Below are positions 26,471 through 34,961 of a stretch of DNA of 55,645 bases, piece by piece. The notes beneath the pieces are model-generated. The model did not search any database, was not told where the DNA came from, and saw only the letters and a program-made list of their open reading frames with translations. The translations under genes and the position numbers were made by a program. Location of the stretch: the IMG/VR virus record IMGVR_UViG_3300037503_000005, positions 1 to 55,645 of that record; one strand, 5' to 3'. Source of the DNA: a virus (lineage: Duplodnaviria > Caudoviricetes). The stretch's first letter is position 1, and every line of letters begins with the position of its first letter.

Positions 26471-26998
26471 ATGACTAACAGACGCTACCACACATTCAAA
26501 GATTATCCAGTAGGCCGTGATGAGCAGGGCAGGCCGCTTTGCCGCTTCTGCAAGAGTGTGGTGCATCCGCCCCGGCGAACAATCTGTAGCGATGAATGTA
26601 ATACAGAGTTGTCTATTCGTACCAGCCCGAACTACCTGCGCGATAAGGTTCTGGAAAGAGACAAAGGCATCTGCGCCATGTGCGGCTGTGACACCTTGAA
26701 AATCCGGCGAATACTTAGCGGGCTGTTAAAGGGCTGGTATCCCACGCTGGACAACTCTTACAACTCAGCGCCCGACGTATGGCGATGGTATGCACAGCAT
26801 TTAGGAATTGGCTTGCATCGTGCCTTCTCTGATGACCTGTGGGACGCCGACCACATAAAAGAGATAGCTGATGGTGGTAAGCATGAGTTGAGCAACATGC
26901 AGACTCTTTGTATCGCGTGCCACAAACAAAAGACAGCGCGATTTATGAAGTCTCGCGCAAAAAGGCCGATGCCCCAAGCGCAGTTGTTTGAGTGCTGA
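26471..26998 (+). CDS. HNH endonuclease with N-terminal zinc finger
   Basis: CRFC..CSDEC, RDKGICAMC, ADHI....GG...N.QTLC..CH..KT. Confidence 0.9.
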   Translation: MTNRRYHTFKDYPVGRDEQGRPLCRFCKSVVHPPRRTICSDECNTELSIRTSPNYLRDKVLERDKGICAMCGCDTLKIRRILSGLLKGWYPTLDNSYNSAPDVWRWYAQHLGIGLHRAFSDDLWDADHIKEIADGGKHELSNMQTLCIACHKQKTARFMKSRAKRPMPQAQLFEC

Positions 26999-27009
26999 TG
27001 TTAGTTGGG

Positions 27010-27092
27010 GCAGCCTTCAACGTGAGTGCCTTTGAGAAGGCATAGGCCACACGGCGCGGAAAAGCACAGTCTACATGGCTTCACCTGAATCA
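27010..27092 (+). repeat. 83-nt structured element, copy 2
   Basis: Homologous to 26016-26098. Confidence 0.6.
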
Positions 27093-27110
27093 TACACGAT
27101 TGGCTGAGTT

Positions 27111-27536
27111 GTGGAGGGAAAGGATATGTCAGAACAAACTACGAACGATCCAAGCGCAGGAGCGACGCAAGTGGCAGAGGCTATTTTCGATCATACTGTT
27201 TGGGCGATGGTACGACACCACACCAAAGCTGAAATAGTGCCGGAACTCGCCTCCATCATTGACCGCGAGATTGGAGGAAGGGTCAATATGGAAGTCAAAA
27301 CGATGTTTCCGATAGAGACGAAACAGAAGGCTCAAGAATTGCTTGATGCCGATATGCTAATGCAGCATGTCATCCCGGATAACAGCGCTCATTGCGTTCA
27401 CTGTGGCAAGTGGCGCGAGCTGACCCGCCTTGGTGAAGAGTGCCCCGGCCTGCTCCGGTGTGCGCTGGAAATGCTGAGGGAGCGGCTTGGGCGCGAGGGC
27501 GTCCGTGGGTTGGAGGGACGCACAACTAACTTCTGA
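27111..27536 (+). CDS. Hypothetical protein
   Basis: Operon packing; H...CVHC...C. Confidence 0.55.
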   Translation: MEGKDMSEQTTNDPSAGATQVAEAIFDHTVWAMVRHHTKAEIVPELASIIDREIGGRVNMEVKTMFPIETKQKAQELLDADMLMQHVIPDNSAHCVHCGKWRELTRLGEECPGLLRCALEMLRERLGREGVRGLEGRTTNF

Positions 27537-27547
27537 AAGGTGAATGA

Positions 27548-27760
27548 TTGATTATGGCTAAAGAAATCACAGAAGAACAACTTGAGGAAATCGGCCAACT
27601 CTCTGACACAGCCGATAACCTTTTAGGCGCTTCTGAACTTCCCCTGCCGCCACAGATGCACATAGAAGGCATGAGGGGCGGCTTAACTGACATACGCAAT
27701 GATCTGCGGAGAATCTACCGCGCCATAAGTGGTGACGATCCCTGGGAGCATCATCCATGA
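27548..27760 (+). CDS. Hypothetical protein
   Basis: Operon packing; GDDPW C-terminus. Confidence 0.6.
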   Translation: MIMAKEITEEQLEEIGQLSDTADNLLGASELPLPPQMHIEGMRGGLTDIRNDLRRIYRAISGDDPWEHHP

Positions 27761-28124
27761 GTAATGATCCAGCCAATAAAGAAACGTCAGAACCGTCTAG
27801 CCATTTCTTAATCAAGTGTAGCTGTGAATCTGTCATTGAACTGTGTGGCTGCGTATGGCTGCCCGAACTGCTCATTGTTGTTATTCCGTGAGGCTGCGCC
27901 AAGTGCCACGTCGTTGCACCTCTTGAGTCAGCACCCGCCCATCACATGCTTGAGAGGGCGATAGCTGAATAGCTGTAAAGACACAGGCCGCATGGCTGTT
28001 CGTAAAATGTGTATTATCAGAATAGCCATAAGGTGCGGAAAAACAGTCTAGTGAAACGAGCGGTTTAGCGGTGTGAAACATACCCTGTGCGGCCTCTTTT
28101 CAGGTAGACAGCGGGACATCAGAC

Positions 28125-28424
28125 ATGAGCAAAAAGAAGCGTTACAGAGCCATCACCTACACATTTGAACAGCAGCACGCCGAGAACATGGCGCGCATTT
28201 CTTTGATGTCTCCCGGCGAGCGCAGGCAGCGAATCAGGCAATTAGAATCAGAGTTGAAGTCGCACAGGCGCAGCACTAAACAGGTCTTAAACGGCGGGGT
28301 GCGGGCGTGGAAAGGTGGGTTCTATAAAACCTCCCGCCAGCTAAAGCGAAGCACCCAGAGGTTCAACCTTATCTACCTGGCGGCTGTGGAAGAAGAGTTG
28401 CGCGCTCTCAATGCTGCGGGGTGA
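28125..28424 (+). CDS. Basic hypothetical protein
   Basis: ORF on the locally coding strand. Confidence 0.55.
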   Translation: MSKKKRYRAITYTFEQQHAENMARISLMSPGERRQRIRQLESELKSHRRSTKQVLNGGVRAWKGGFYKTSRQLKRSTQRFNLIYLAAVEEELRALNAAG

Positions 28425-28460
28425 AACATCCTCTGGGGTATCTGCCGAGGGGCGGGGGAA

Positions 28461-28961
28461 ATGGAGAGGGAAGGGACAAATATGAGCAGAATTAAGGATG
28501 ATGAAACCCGGCAACACAAGGCAGATTGCGAAGTCCTGTGCCGCCGGGGTGAGTGTGATTGTGGCGCAGAGATGGCAACTGCCGGGGCGGATGATGAAGA
28601 CTTATCAGTGGAACAAATGGAGGCTCGGATAGGCGCGCTCACCATTGAGATTAATAGACTCAGAGAGAAACTTGAGCCGCTACAGACAGAGCGAAGGATG
28701 CTTTATAGAATGACGGCGGAAGCAATGGCGCACCTGCGCGTCGGAGATGTCGTTAAAAAAGAGTCGGGCTATGGCGAGGGAGTATGGGTAGTTCAGCACA
28801 TATCCACCCATGATGGCGACCGTCCCAGACTCCACCTGCGTAATCTCAAGGATGACGGAACAGCAGGCACCCGCACACACAAAACGCGCCGCATTCAGGG
28901 GTTTGTTAAAGTTGAGCTAGAGCCGCGTGCAAGCGATAGCACCACACAAACCATTGGGTGA
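28461..28961 (+). CDS. Hypothetical protein
   Basis: H..DC....CDC, coiled coil, beta-rich C-terminus. Confidence 0.6.
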   Translation: MEREGTNMSRIKDDETRQHKADCEVLCRRGECDCGAEMATAGADDEDLSVEQMEARIGALTIEINRLREKLEPLQTERRMLYRMTAEAMAHLRVGDVVKKESGYGEGVWVVQHISTHDGDRPRLHLRNLKDDGTAGTRTHKTRRIQGFVKVELEPRASDSTTQTIG

Positions 28962-28971
28962 TCGCTCGTGA

Positions 28972-29751
28972 TTAACCTAAATCGCCACTCTTTGACAACG
29001 CAGGGCTTCCCTTCCCTGCATGGGTGCAGCGGACTACTCCGGCGCTCGGATTCTTGGGGTCTGGATAAATGAAGCCTCCACTCTCGGCGCAGAGATCGCA
29101 TCTCGTGGTTTCCGTTTGCGGAGCATCTTCCCCTTTTAAGTTTTCTTTTCTCTTAACACTTTTATGGGTATCACCCGTGGAAGGGCTTGCGCTGGCACTA
29201 GGGCTTGCACCTGTGACAACCCTAAAGACTAAACCCTGCGCACGATCCTTGCCGTAAACGGCGCGCTCGACGAACACAAGGGCAGCGCGGTTCAACTCTT
29301 TATACGCGCGGCGCAGCATGCTCTCCGACTTCCCTATCCGATCTTCTAACCGCCCCCAGGTAATAGGGATAGTGAGATTCGAGCCACCTTCCCGGTAGCG
29401 GTTCAGATGGAAGTACAGGAGCTGTGCCAGAGGTGGTAATCCGCAGAGTCGAGCGTCAAAGAAATCATGGTTTACACGGCTGTCACCCTTACGGTATTCA
29501 GACTCTTGCCGGGGCTTGGGGCTGTCATATACGACAGGGCTTGCGCCCGTGCTAGGGCTTTCAGATGGAAGGGCTTGAGGGGCTAAAATGACAGGGCTTG
29601 CGTGGGTGGTAGGGCTTGCATCTGTGGAAGGGCTATCACCTGTGACAGGGCTTCCTAGGCCGAAACTCCTGAATACGTCTTCATTAGTTCCGCTGGCTGT
29701 TTCCTCGCCCGTCCTGATGCTGCCGTATTTCCTTTTGGGTTTCGTGCTCAC
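28972..29751 (-). CDS. Plasmid-type Rep / ParA-partner protein (wHTH + C-terminal zinc ribbon)
   Basis: Directly downstream of parA; LLYFHLNRYR...W..L...IGKS...LRR.YKEL wHTH; internal AGGGCTT repeats. Confidence 0.65.
   Translation of the reverse strand: MSTKPKRKYGSIRTGEETASGTNEDVFRSFGLGSPVTGDSPSTDASPTTHASPVILAPQALPSESPSTGASPVVYDSPKPRQESEYRKGDSRVNHDFFDARLCGLPPLAQLLYFHLNRYREGGSNLTIPITWGRLEDRIGKSESMLRRAYKELNRAALVFVERAVYGKDRAQGLVFRVVTGASPSASASPSTGDTHKSVKRKENLKGEDAPQTETTRCDLCAESGGFIYPDPKNPSAGVVRCTHAGKGSPALSKSGDLG
29182..29653. repeat. AGGGCT(T) repeats, mostly 18-bp spacing (putative plasmid origin or parS)
   Basis: Copies at 29182, 29200, 29536, 29554, 29570, 29593, 29611, 29629, 29647. Confidence 0.6.
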
Positions 29752-30484
29752 CGATGATCTCCTTGGCGGCTCTCAAATAGTCTACCGTTCCCGATGCCGC
29801 CGGATCGTACTGAGTGATTGGCTTTCGAGCGTTGAAAGCCTCCTTTAGCTTGACGTTCTTATTGATTGGGGAGAGCGTGTACGCCTCGAAATGGTTGCGT
29901 ATCTCTTCGTGAATGTCTCTGGCGATGTTTGTTCTTTCTAAAAACGTTGGGAGAGCGAAGACCTTCAAAGGGTGCTTGAGCTGAGTGATGATCGTGCGAA
30001 GCGTCCGCATCAGGTAGGGAATTGCTTCCCATGATTCGGGCGCGCACTCTATCGGAATCAGCACACTCTGAGAGGCCGCAAAAGCGTTGATATTTGCAAA
30101 GCCTAAGAATGTAGGACAGTCAATCAATGCATAGTCATAGCCTGATAGGTCTTCCAAGGCGCTGGCGAGCCTGTGCTCGCGGTTTAGAGCATTATTGAGG
30201 TCTAAGTCCAAGCTGGCTAATTTGAAGTTGCTAGGGGCTAAAGGAATGCCAGCAGGGGACTTCTGAATGACTTCCGAGAGCGGTTTACCATTCAGGAGGA
30301 CTTCATACATGGTCTCGCCGTCCGTGCCGTACCTGTCCAGAAGGAAGCGGGTAGCTGTGGCCTGGGGGTCTATGTCGAGCACTAAGACTTTACGGCCTTG
30401 GGTTTGGAGCGCAGCGGCCAGATTTACAGCCGTCGTGGTCTTACCTACCCCGCCTTTCTGGTTAGCTATAGCTATGGTCTTCAT
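29684..30484 (-). CDS. parA: ParA/Soj partition ATPase
   Basis: NQKGGVGKTT, DIDPQ, YDYALIDCP. Confidence 0.95.
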   Translation of the reverse strand: MKTIAIANQKGGVGKTTTAVNLAAALQTQGRKVLVLDIDPQATATRFLLDRYGTDGETMYEVLLNGKPLSEVIQKSPAGIPLAPSNFKLASLDLDLNNALNREHRLASALEDLSGYDYALIDCPTFLGFANINAFAASQSVLIPIECAPESWEAIPYLMRTLRTIITQLKHPLKVFALPTFLERTNIARDIHEEIRNHFEAYTLSPINKNVKLKEAFNARKPITQYDPAASGTVDYLRAAKEIIGEHETQKEIRQHQDGRGNSQRN

Positions 30485-30669
30485 GCAGCCTCTTTCTTTG
30501 GTCTGCCGACTTTGCGGTCTTTCAGTTTGTCGAGGTCTGAGCGTTTGATAACCAGGTCGCGCCCGAATCTAGAGGCTGGCAACTGCCCGCGCATAACGAA
30601 CTGGCGGATGCGGGCAGGGGTGACGTTAAGCAAAAGGCCAGCTTCCTTAGTGGTCAGCATCTTGTCCAT
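30481..30669 (-). CDS. Excisionase-family (HTH_17) DNA-binding protein heading the par operon
   Basis: LTTKEA..LL.VT...I......G.LPA.R.GR...I...DL; GRP tail. Confidence 0.85.
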   Translation of the reverse strand: MDKMLTTKEAGLLLNVTPARIRQFVMRGQLPASRFGRDLVIKRSDLDKLKDRKVGRPKKEAA

Positions 30670-30720
30670 AAACTCTATATAGCAGGGAAGGGAACTGTAA
30701 CGCAAGAGAAAATATAAGGA

Positions 30721-30749
30721 TTGAAATAGAGTAACGCATGGGTTATAAT
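30721..30749 (+). promoter_or_regulatory. Sigma70-type promoter with GTAACGCA direct repeats (30697 and 30731)
   Basis: TTGAAA-17-TATAAT. Confidence 0.75.
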
Positions 30750-30769
30750 TAAGAGTGGAGGCTCAATCA

Positions 30770-31183
30770 ATGATCTACACCACAGGCTACACAGGAAAGA
30801 AGCCCGAAGATTTGAAGCGGCTCGTAGAAAGACTTGGTGCTCGCCTGCTTGATATTCGCTACTCTGCTAATTCAAGAGTACCACATTGGAGACAGAAGGC
30901 ATTGGCTGAACTCGTCGGGGATGCTTATTACAACCTGATAGTTTTTGGAAACAGAGCCTATCAAGAAGGCCGGATTGAAATAGTCAACTTCGCCTCCGGC
31001 GAAAACTGGCTATTCTTTCATCTGAAAGACCATCCCGAACAGCCATTGATTCTCATGTGTGCCTGCAAAGATTACGAGACTTGCCACCGGAAAGTGGTAG
31101 CTGATGGCTTGCGTGAGCGTGGGTATGAAGTCGAAGAGTTGGCGACGTGGGATGCCGAGTTGCCACTTTTGGAAAATGTGTGA
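30770..31183 (+). CDS. DUF488-family protein
   Basis: IYTTGY, LLDIR...SR, LMC.C.....CHR..VA. Confidence 0.8.
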   Translation: MIYTTGYTGKKPEDLKRLVERLGARLLDIRYSANSRVPHWRQKALAELVGDAYYNLIVFGNRAYQEGRIEIVNFASGENWLFFHLKDHPEQPLILMCACKDYETCHRKVVADGLRERGYEVEELATWDAELPLLENV

Positions 31184-31201
31184 AGAGGCTCAATAAGGCT
31201 T

Positions 31202-31420
31202 TTGAAGATGAGTAGCAGGAATGGAGGAACAAATAAGATGGACGATAAGAAGCAACCCAAGAAACTCGACCCGAACGGCAGACAGTACAAGGGGGAAGAG
31301 GCTGAGCTTGCCTTTAGCTACTGTCCGACAATATACCCATGCGTAGAGTGCGGGCATCCTGTTATCAAAGGCTATTGCTGTACGACCTGTGGATGCGTTA
31401 ATCCAAGCGGAGCGAAGTAA
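31202..31420 (+). CDS. Cys-rich small protein
   Basis: CVECG..CCTTCG. Confidence 0.6.
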   Translation: MKMSSRNGGTNKMDDKKQPKKLDPNGRQYKGEEAELAFSYCPTIYPCVECGHPVIKGYCCTTCGCVNPSGAK

Positions 31421-31632
31421 TGACCACAGAAATCAAACAATACCTCCGCCCTGAAGTCCTAGAGCGCTTGGAACTGAAGTTTGAGCGCCTACGAGTACGA
31501 ACGGCCATGAAGAAGGCTCTAAGGTCTCTACGGGGCGAGAATCTATCAAATACAGGTAGGCTGTGCAGAGTGTGGGACGCTCCGGTTATTGAGCCTCAGC
31601 CTGGAGAGATCGAAAGGAGATTGTACGGATGA
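31420..31632 (+). CDS. Hypothetical protein
   Basis: Overlapping start/stop. Confidence 0.6.
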   Translation: MTTEIKQYLRPEVLERLELKFERLRVRTAMKKALRSLRGENLSNTGRLCRVWDAPVIEPQPGEIERRLYG

Positions 31633-31889
31633 AACCGGAATGGAAAACGCTTGCATTAGGAACTAAGAAAGATACAACCGGACTCGCCCTGCCTCTCGTC
31701 CATCTTAAAGTATGGCGTGAGAACGGTTGGAACTTCAGCGTTAGCGATAGAGGGGTATATAAGAAGCTCAAGACAGGTGAAGCCTTGACAAGCGAGAGCG
31801 TAACCAGACAAATGGCTCTCCTTGCTGCTATTGATTTACTTGACGAACAGAGGGAATTATTGCGGCCAATGATTAGAGCAGATAAGTAG
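31629..31889 (+). CDS. Hypothetical protein
   Basis: ATGA overlap. Confidence 0.6.
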   Translation: MKPEWKTLALGTKKDTTGLALPLVHLKVWRENGWNFSVSDRGVYKKLKTGEALTSESVTRQMALLAAIDLLDEQRELLRPMIRADK

Positions 31890-31955
31890 CAACGTCTTTG
31901 CCGTCCTGTATTGCAGGTGTGGCGTATGGGTTGTATATGGCTGTGAGGTGAACAG

Positions 31956-32141
31956 ATGAAACGGTTCTGGCGACAACATCTCAGGAAATACTTTCGCTGT
32001 ATAAGCATGTTTCTCTCTATCGTATGGCGTCCAGCATATCCACCACCGGATGCCACATGGTTTGAGTCTCACTGGGAATATGCTCTTGATATTAAAACAG
32101 CATGGGAAGTGTCGGCAGACCTGTGGCTTGATAGGTTCTAA
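31956..32141 (+). CDS. Trp-rich small protein, paralog 2
   Basis: Near-identical to 26140..26328. Confidence 0.75.
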   Translation: MKRFWRQHLRKYFRCISMFLSIVWRPAYPPPDATWFESHWEYALDIKTAWEVSADLWLDRF

Positions 32142-32188
32142 GTCGGGCTGTCGCGCTCATAGGGCGCACGCAGGTTGAAAGGTTAAAG

Positions 32189-32671
32189 ATGCCAATTCTA
32201 AATTACACGACAAGCATTGAAGCGATAAAGACGGCTGGCGAGATTCAGGGAATTCTAGCCATGAAAGGCGCTCGCCAGATTTCCATTGACTACGACACGG
32301 ACGGCTCAGGCTTGCCAATCAGCATTAGCTTTATGATTCTGCTGTTTGAGCAGCCCGTCTACTTCCGCCTTCCTATCAATGTGGATGGGGTCTTTGAATC
32401 AATGACGAAGTACGGCAGTAAAGTCCCGCCGCGACTTCAGACAAGAGAGCAGGCGCAGCGTGTTGCATGGCGCATCCTTAAAGATTGGGTTGAGGCTCAA
32501 ATGGCTTTAGTCGAAGCGAAGCAGGCGCAGATAGCGGAGGTCTTTCTATCTTACGCTGTGGACAATTCGGGGCGAACATTCTTTGAAGTCTTTGCTGAAT
32601 CAAAGCAGAAGTTATTGACGGCTGGCGAGCCACAAGCAGAGGTTATTTCTATTGATAGAAAGCAAGCGTGA
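32189..32671 (+). CDS. Hypothetical phage protein
   Basis: NYTT.I...EIQ.IL...GA and QA.RVAWRI.KDWVEAQMA motifs, which I recognise from other phages. Confidence 0.8.
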   Translation: MPILNYTTSIEAIKTAGEIQGILAMKGARQISIDYDTDGSGLPISISFMILLFEQPVYFRLPINVDGVFESMTKYGSKVPPRLQTREQAQRVAWRILKDWVEAQMALVEAKQAQIAEVFLSYAVDNSGRTFFEVFAESKQKLLTAGEPQAEVISIDRKQA

Positions 32672-32707
32672 GTCTGGCGGGCGTGAGTCCCGGTTTGTAT
32701 GTGAAGG

Positions 32708-32959
32708 GTGTGGATTATAATTCAGTACCGAAAGGGAATAAGGCGAGCTATGGACGAAAAGACAAGGGAACTAATGGAAGCTGGTAGCGATTGTCTTGAA
32801 GCCGCAGTAAAACTATTAGACGCGCTTCGCAAGATTGCACTAGCAGATGTCACTTCACCCGAAGCCAAACGACTACAAGCTATCGCTAAGGATGCCATTG
32901 AAAGCGCGAATGATATTGTAACTTTGGGCGAGAGGTTGCTGATAGCAGAGAATGAATAG
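32708..32959 (+). CDS. Hypothetical protein
   Basis: Helical ORF; probable start MDEKTRE. Confidence 0.55.
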   Translation: MWIIIQYRKGIRRAMDEKTRELMEAGSDCLEAAVKLLDALRKIALADVTSPEAKRLQAIAKDAIESANDIVTLGERLLIAENE

Positions 32960-33097
32960 CCTTCAGCGTGAATCTGTAAAATAAAGTCGAATCTTCCCTC
33001 GCGCTGAATGGGGGTTTGAGGGATTACCGACGGGGCGCGTGGTGGTGGGACGCTATCGCGCTATAATGGTGAGAGAACGGAGAGAATGAATAAATAA

Positions 33098-33331
33098 ATG
33101 AGGTGGCGCACACTACACAGACGTAAGAGGCGAGCAAGCAAGCCGCTTGACTGGTGCACACTGGCAGATCATTTCGACAAGGTTTCAAAGGCCGCATTTG
33201 AGACCGCACCTAGATTGGTAAAGTTGGCGCAGAGTTTCAGGGAAGTCGTACAGGTAATAGCGCAAATGGCTGCTACTGCCACAATCGCTGAAGTAGCGCG
33301 TGAGATAGCAAACAGGCAAGCGGTCAAATAA
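33098..33331 (+). CDS. Hypothetical protein
   Basis: ORF on the locally coding strand. Confidence 0.5.
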   Translation: MRWRTLHRRKRRASKPLDWCTLADHFDKVSKAAFETAPRLVKLAQSFREVVQVIAQMAATATIAEVAREIANRQAVK

Positions 33332-33378
33332 AGAGCGGGAGCGGGTGTGGTTCTTTATATGTATACAGAGAGGGGCAA

Positions 33379-33735
33379 ATGACTAACGAAGAAATAAAAC
33401 AAATTGAAGTTGAGGAAATAATTCAGCGCAAGAAAGCCGAAGAAATAGAAATTGACGCTCGGAAATTAGCCGAATCCGCCCACACATACGGCGTAGACTA
33501 TGCAGCCCCAACGATTGCCTATGTGATACGCTCCTTTCTCAAGCAAGCCTATGATGAGGCGATAAAGGCGCAGTGCTATTTCTGCCGCGAAGGGTATGCG
33601 GTTGTCCCCGACGAAATAGACCGACCCGCCCACAGTGTTGAGCGAATGGAAGGCAGCGGTGAATACATATTTGTCGAATGTGCCTCATCTGAGATACATG
33701 CCCTGAAAGATGCGCTTGAGGCAGTGTCTCAATAA
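33379..33735 (+). CDS. Hypothetical zinc-binding protein
   Basis: CYFC...H...C; GAGG RBS. Confidence 0.6.
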   Translation: MTNEEIKQIEVEEIIQRKKAEEIEIDARKLAESAHTYGVDYAAPTIAYVIRSFLKQAYDEAIKAQCYFCREGYAVVPDEIDRPAHSVERMEGSGEYIFVECASSEIHALKDALEAVSQ

Positions 33736-33763
33736 GTCTCATTAATTATTTCGCGCCTATACG

Positions 33764-33792
33764 TTGAAAGGCCGCTTTAAAGTGATTAGAAT
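33764..33792 (+). promoter_or_regulatory. Sigma70-type promoter, near-leaderless transcript
   Basis: TTGAAA-17-TAGAAT; ATG 8 nt after the -10. Confidence 0.6.
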
Positions 33793-33800
33793 AGCCAGCC

Positions 33801-34046
33801 ATGGAAACGCTGACTGATTTAGTTCCCGCCACTTCAAAAAGTGATGCTGATTTGATAATAAAAGCCGGACTAGGAATTGAAATGCTTCGACTTCTCTGCG
33901 CTGCCTTAGAAGATTACTCACTCAAGCTGGCCGAGGAATACGAGCGCGACGCCCTTGGTGTGGATAGGTTTTGCACCGCCGTCCTGATAACCAAGGCTGC
34001 GCACCTCAGGGAGCGCGCAAAGCAGTTCGGTTCCGTGAAGGTCTGA
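33801..34046 (+). CDS. Hypothetical protein (moron-like)
   Basis: Own promoter. Confidence 0.55.
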   Translation: METLTDLVPATSKSDADLIIKAGLGIEMLRLLCAALEDYSLKLAEEYERDALGVDRFCTAVLITKAAHLRERAKQFGSVKV

Positions 34047-34193
34047 GCCTTTCATCTTCTCCCTCAGTGTGATTAAAATACTGGCTATGAGGCGGCATAC
34101 GCGAAAGAGAACCAGGCAGGCGCTACTGCTTTTGACCGTCCTAGCTATCTTCGCCTTCGCACTCAAACAGTTTATTGATTCGGTCTTTATTAA

Positions 34194-34493
34194 GTGATGA
34201 AAGCCAAACATATTCAAAAAGCAGTTAATGAAGGCCGGGTTAAGTTCGTCAGAGACGACGAAGGCAATCTTAAAATCTTCAACGCTCAATTTCCGCACCT
34301 GACGGAATATGACGGAAACGACCCCACGCACAAACCGAGCATCATTGCGGAAATAATCACGCGATTGGGCGATACGGCTGCCATCATCAGTTGTACGATA
34401 GAAGAGGCGCGTGCGGCGGACGCCGAGAAGCGTTTTGAGGCTAAGGCACGGGATGCAGCGGTTCGCATGTTGAAACGCCAGCACGGGCTTTGA
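34194..34493 (+). CDS. Hypothetical protein
   Basis: Converges exactly on 34494..34697. Confidence 0.55.
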   Translation: MMKAKHIQKAVNEGRVKFVRDDEGNLKIFNAQFPHLTEYDGNDPTHKPSIIAEIITRLGDTAAIISCTIEEARAADAEKRFEAKARDAAVRMLKRQHGL

Positions 34494-34697
34494 TTAGACT
34501 GCGTCATCGGCTTCCTTCGTTGTCTCAATAACTTCTATATCGTGCGTGTTATGCTTTGCGGCAAAACCCTCTGACATCTGATTACTGCCGCCAAGGCACT
34601 CGGCCAGACGGCAGTCGTGACACTCGGCGTCATAGTGAACCGGCAAGTTGTCAGCGTCCTTTACATGATCGTAGTTGAGTTTGAATGGCTCGCTCAT
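34494..34697 (-). CDS. Small zinc-binding protein at the end of the tail operon
   Basis: CHDC...H..H; ATGA overlap. Confidence 0.55.
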   Translation of the reverse strand: MSEPFKLNYDHVKDADNLPVHYDAECHDCRLAECLGGSNQMSEGFAAKHNTHDIEVIETTKEADDAV

Positions 34698-34951
34698 TTT
34701 TTGTCTCCGTTCTGAGGTGGACGCAGGACGAACTCCCAAGCGACGGTATCAAGCGCATAGTCCTTGATAAAGTCGGCAGGGCTCATTTCAACCCGCTCCG
34801 CGACCGCAGCGAATAGAGCCTGCGTGTCCTGCTCAATCACAGCTTGCGCACGCTCAATCTCCCCCTTGCGCGCGACGATAAACCGGAAAGCCAGCGCTTC
34901 CGGCGTGTTGAGCTTAATGTTTGTTGTTGGCTTTGCTTCTGCTTTTTTCAT
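34694..34951 (-). CDS. Putative tail fibre chaperone / hypothetical protein
   Basis: Follows the tail fibre gene. Confidence 0.55.
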   Translation of the reverse strand: MKKAEAKPTTNIKLNTPEALAFRFIVARKGEIERAQAVIEQDTQALFAAVAERVEMSPADFIKDYALDTVAWEFVLRPPQNGDKK

Positions 34952-34961
34952 CAGTACCTTT

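Noticed and set aside
30481-30669. Excisionase implying integration
   Set aside because: No integrase or att site evident; HTH_17 proteins are also regulators and this one heads the par operon
32958-33010. Third copy of the 83-nt element
   Set aside because: Shares only the first ~12 nt and forms a different simple hairpin
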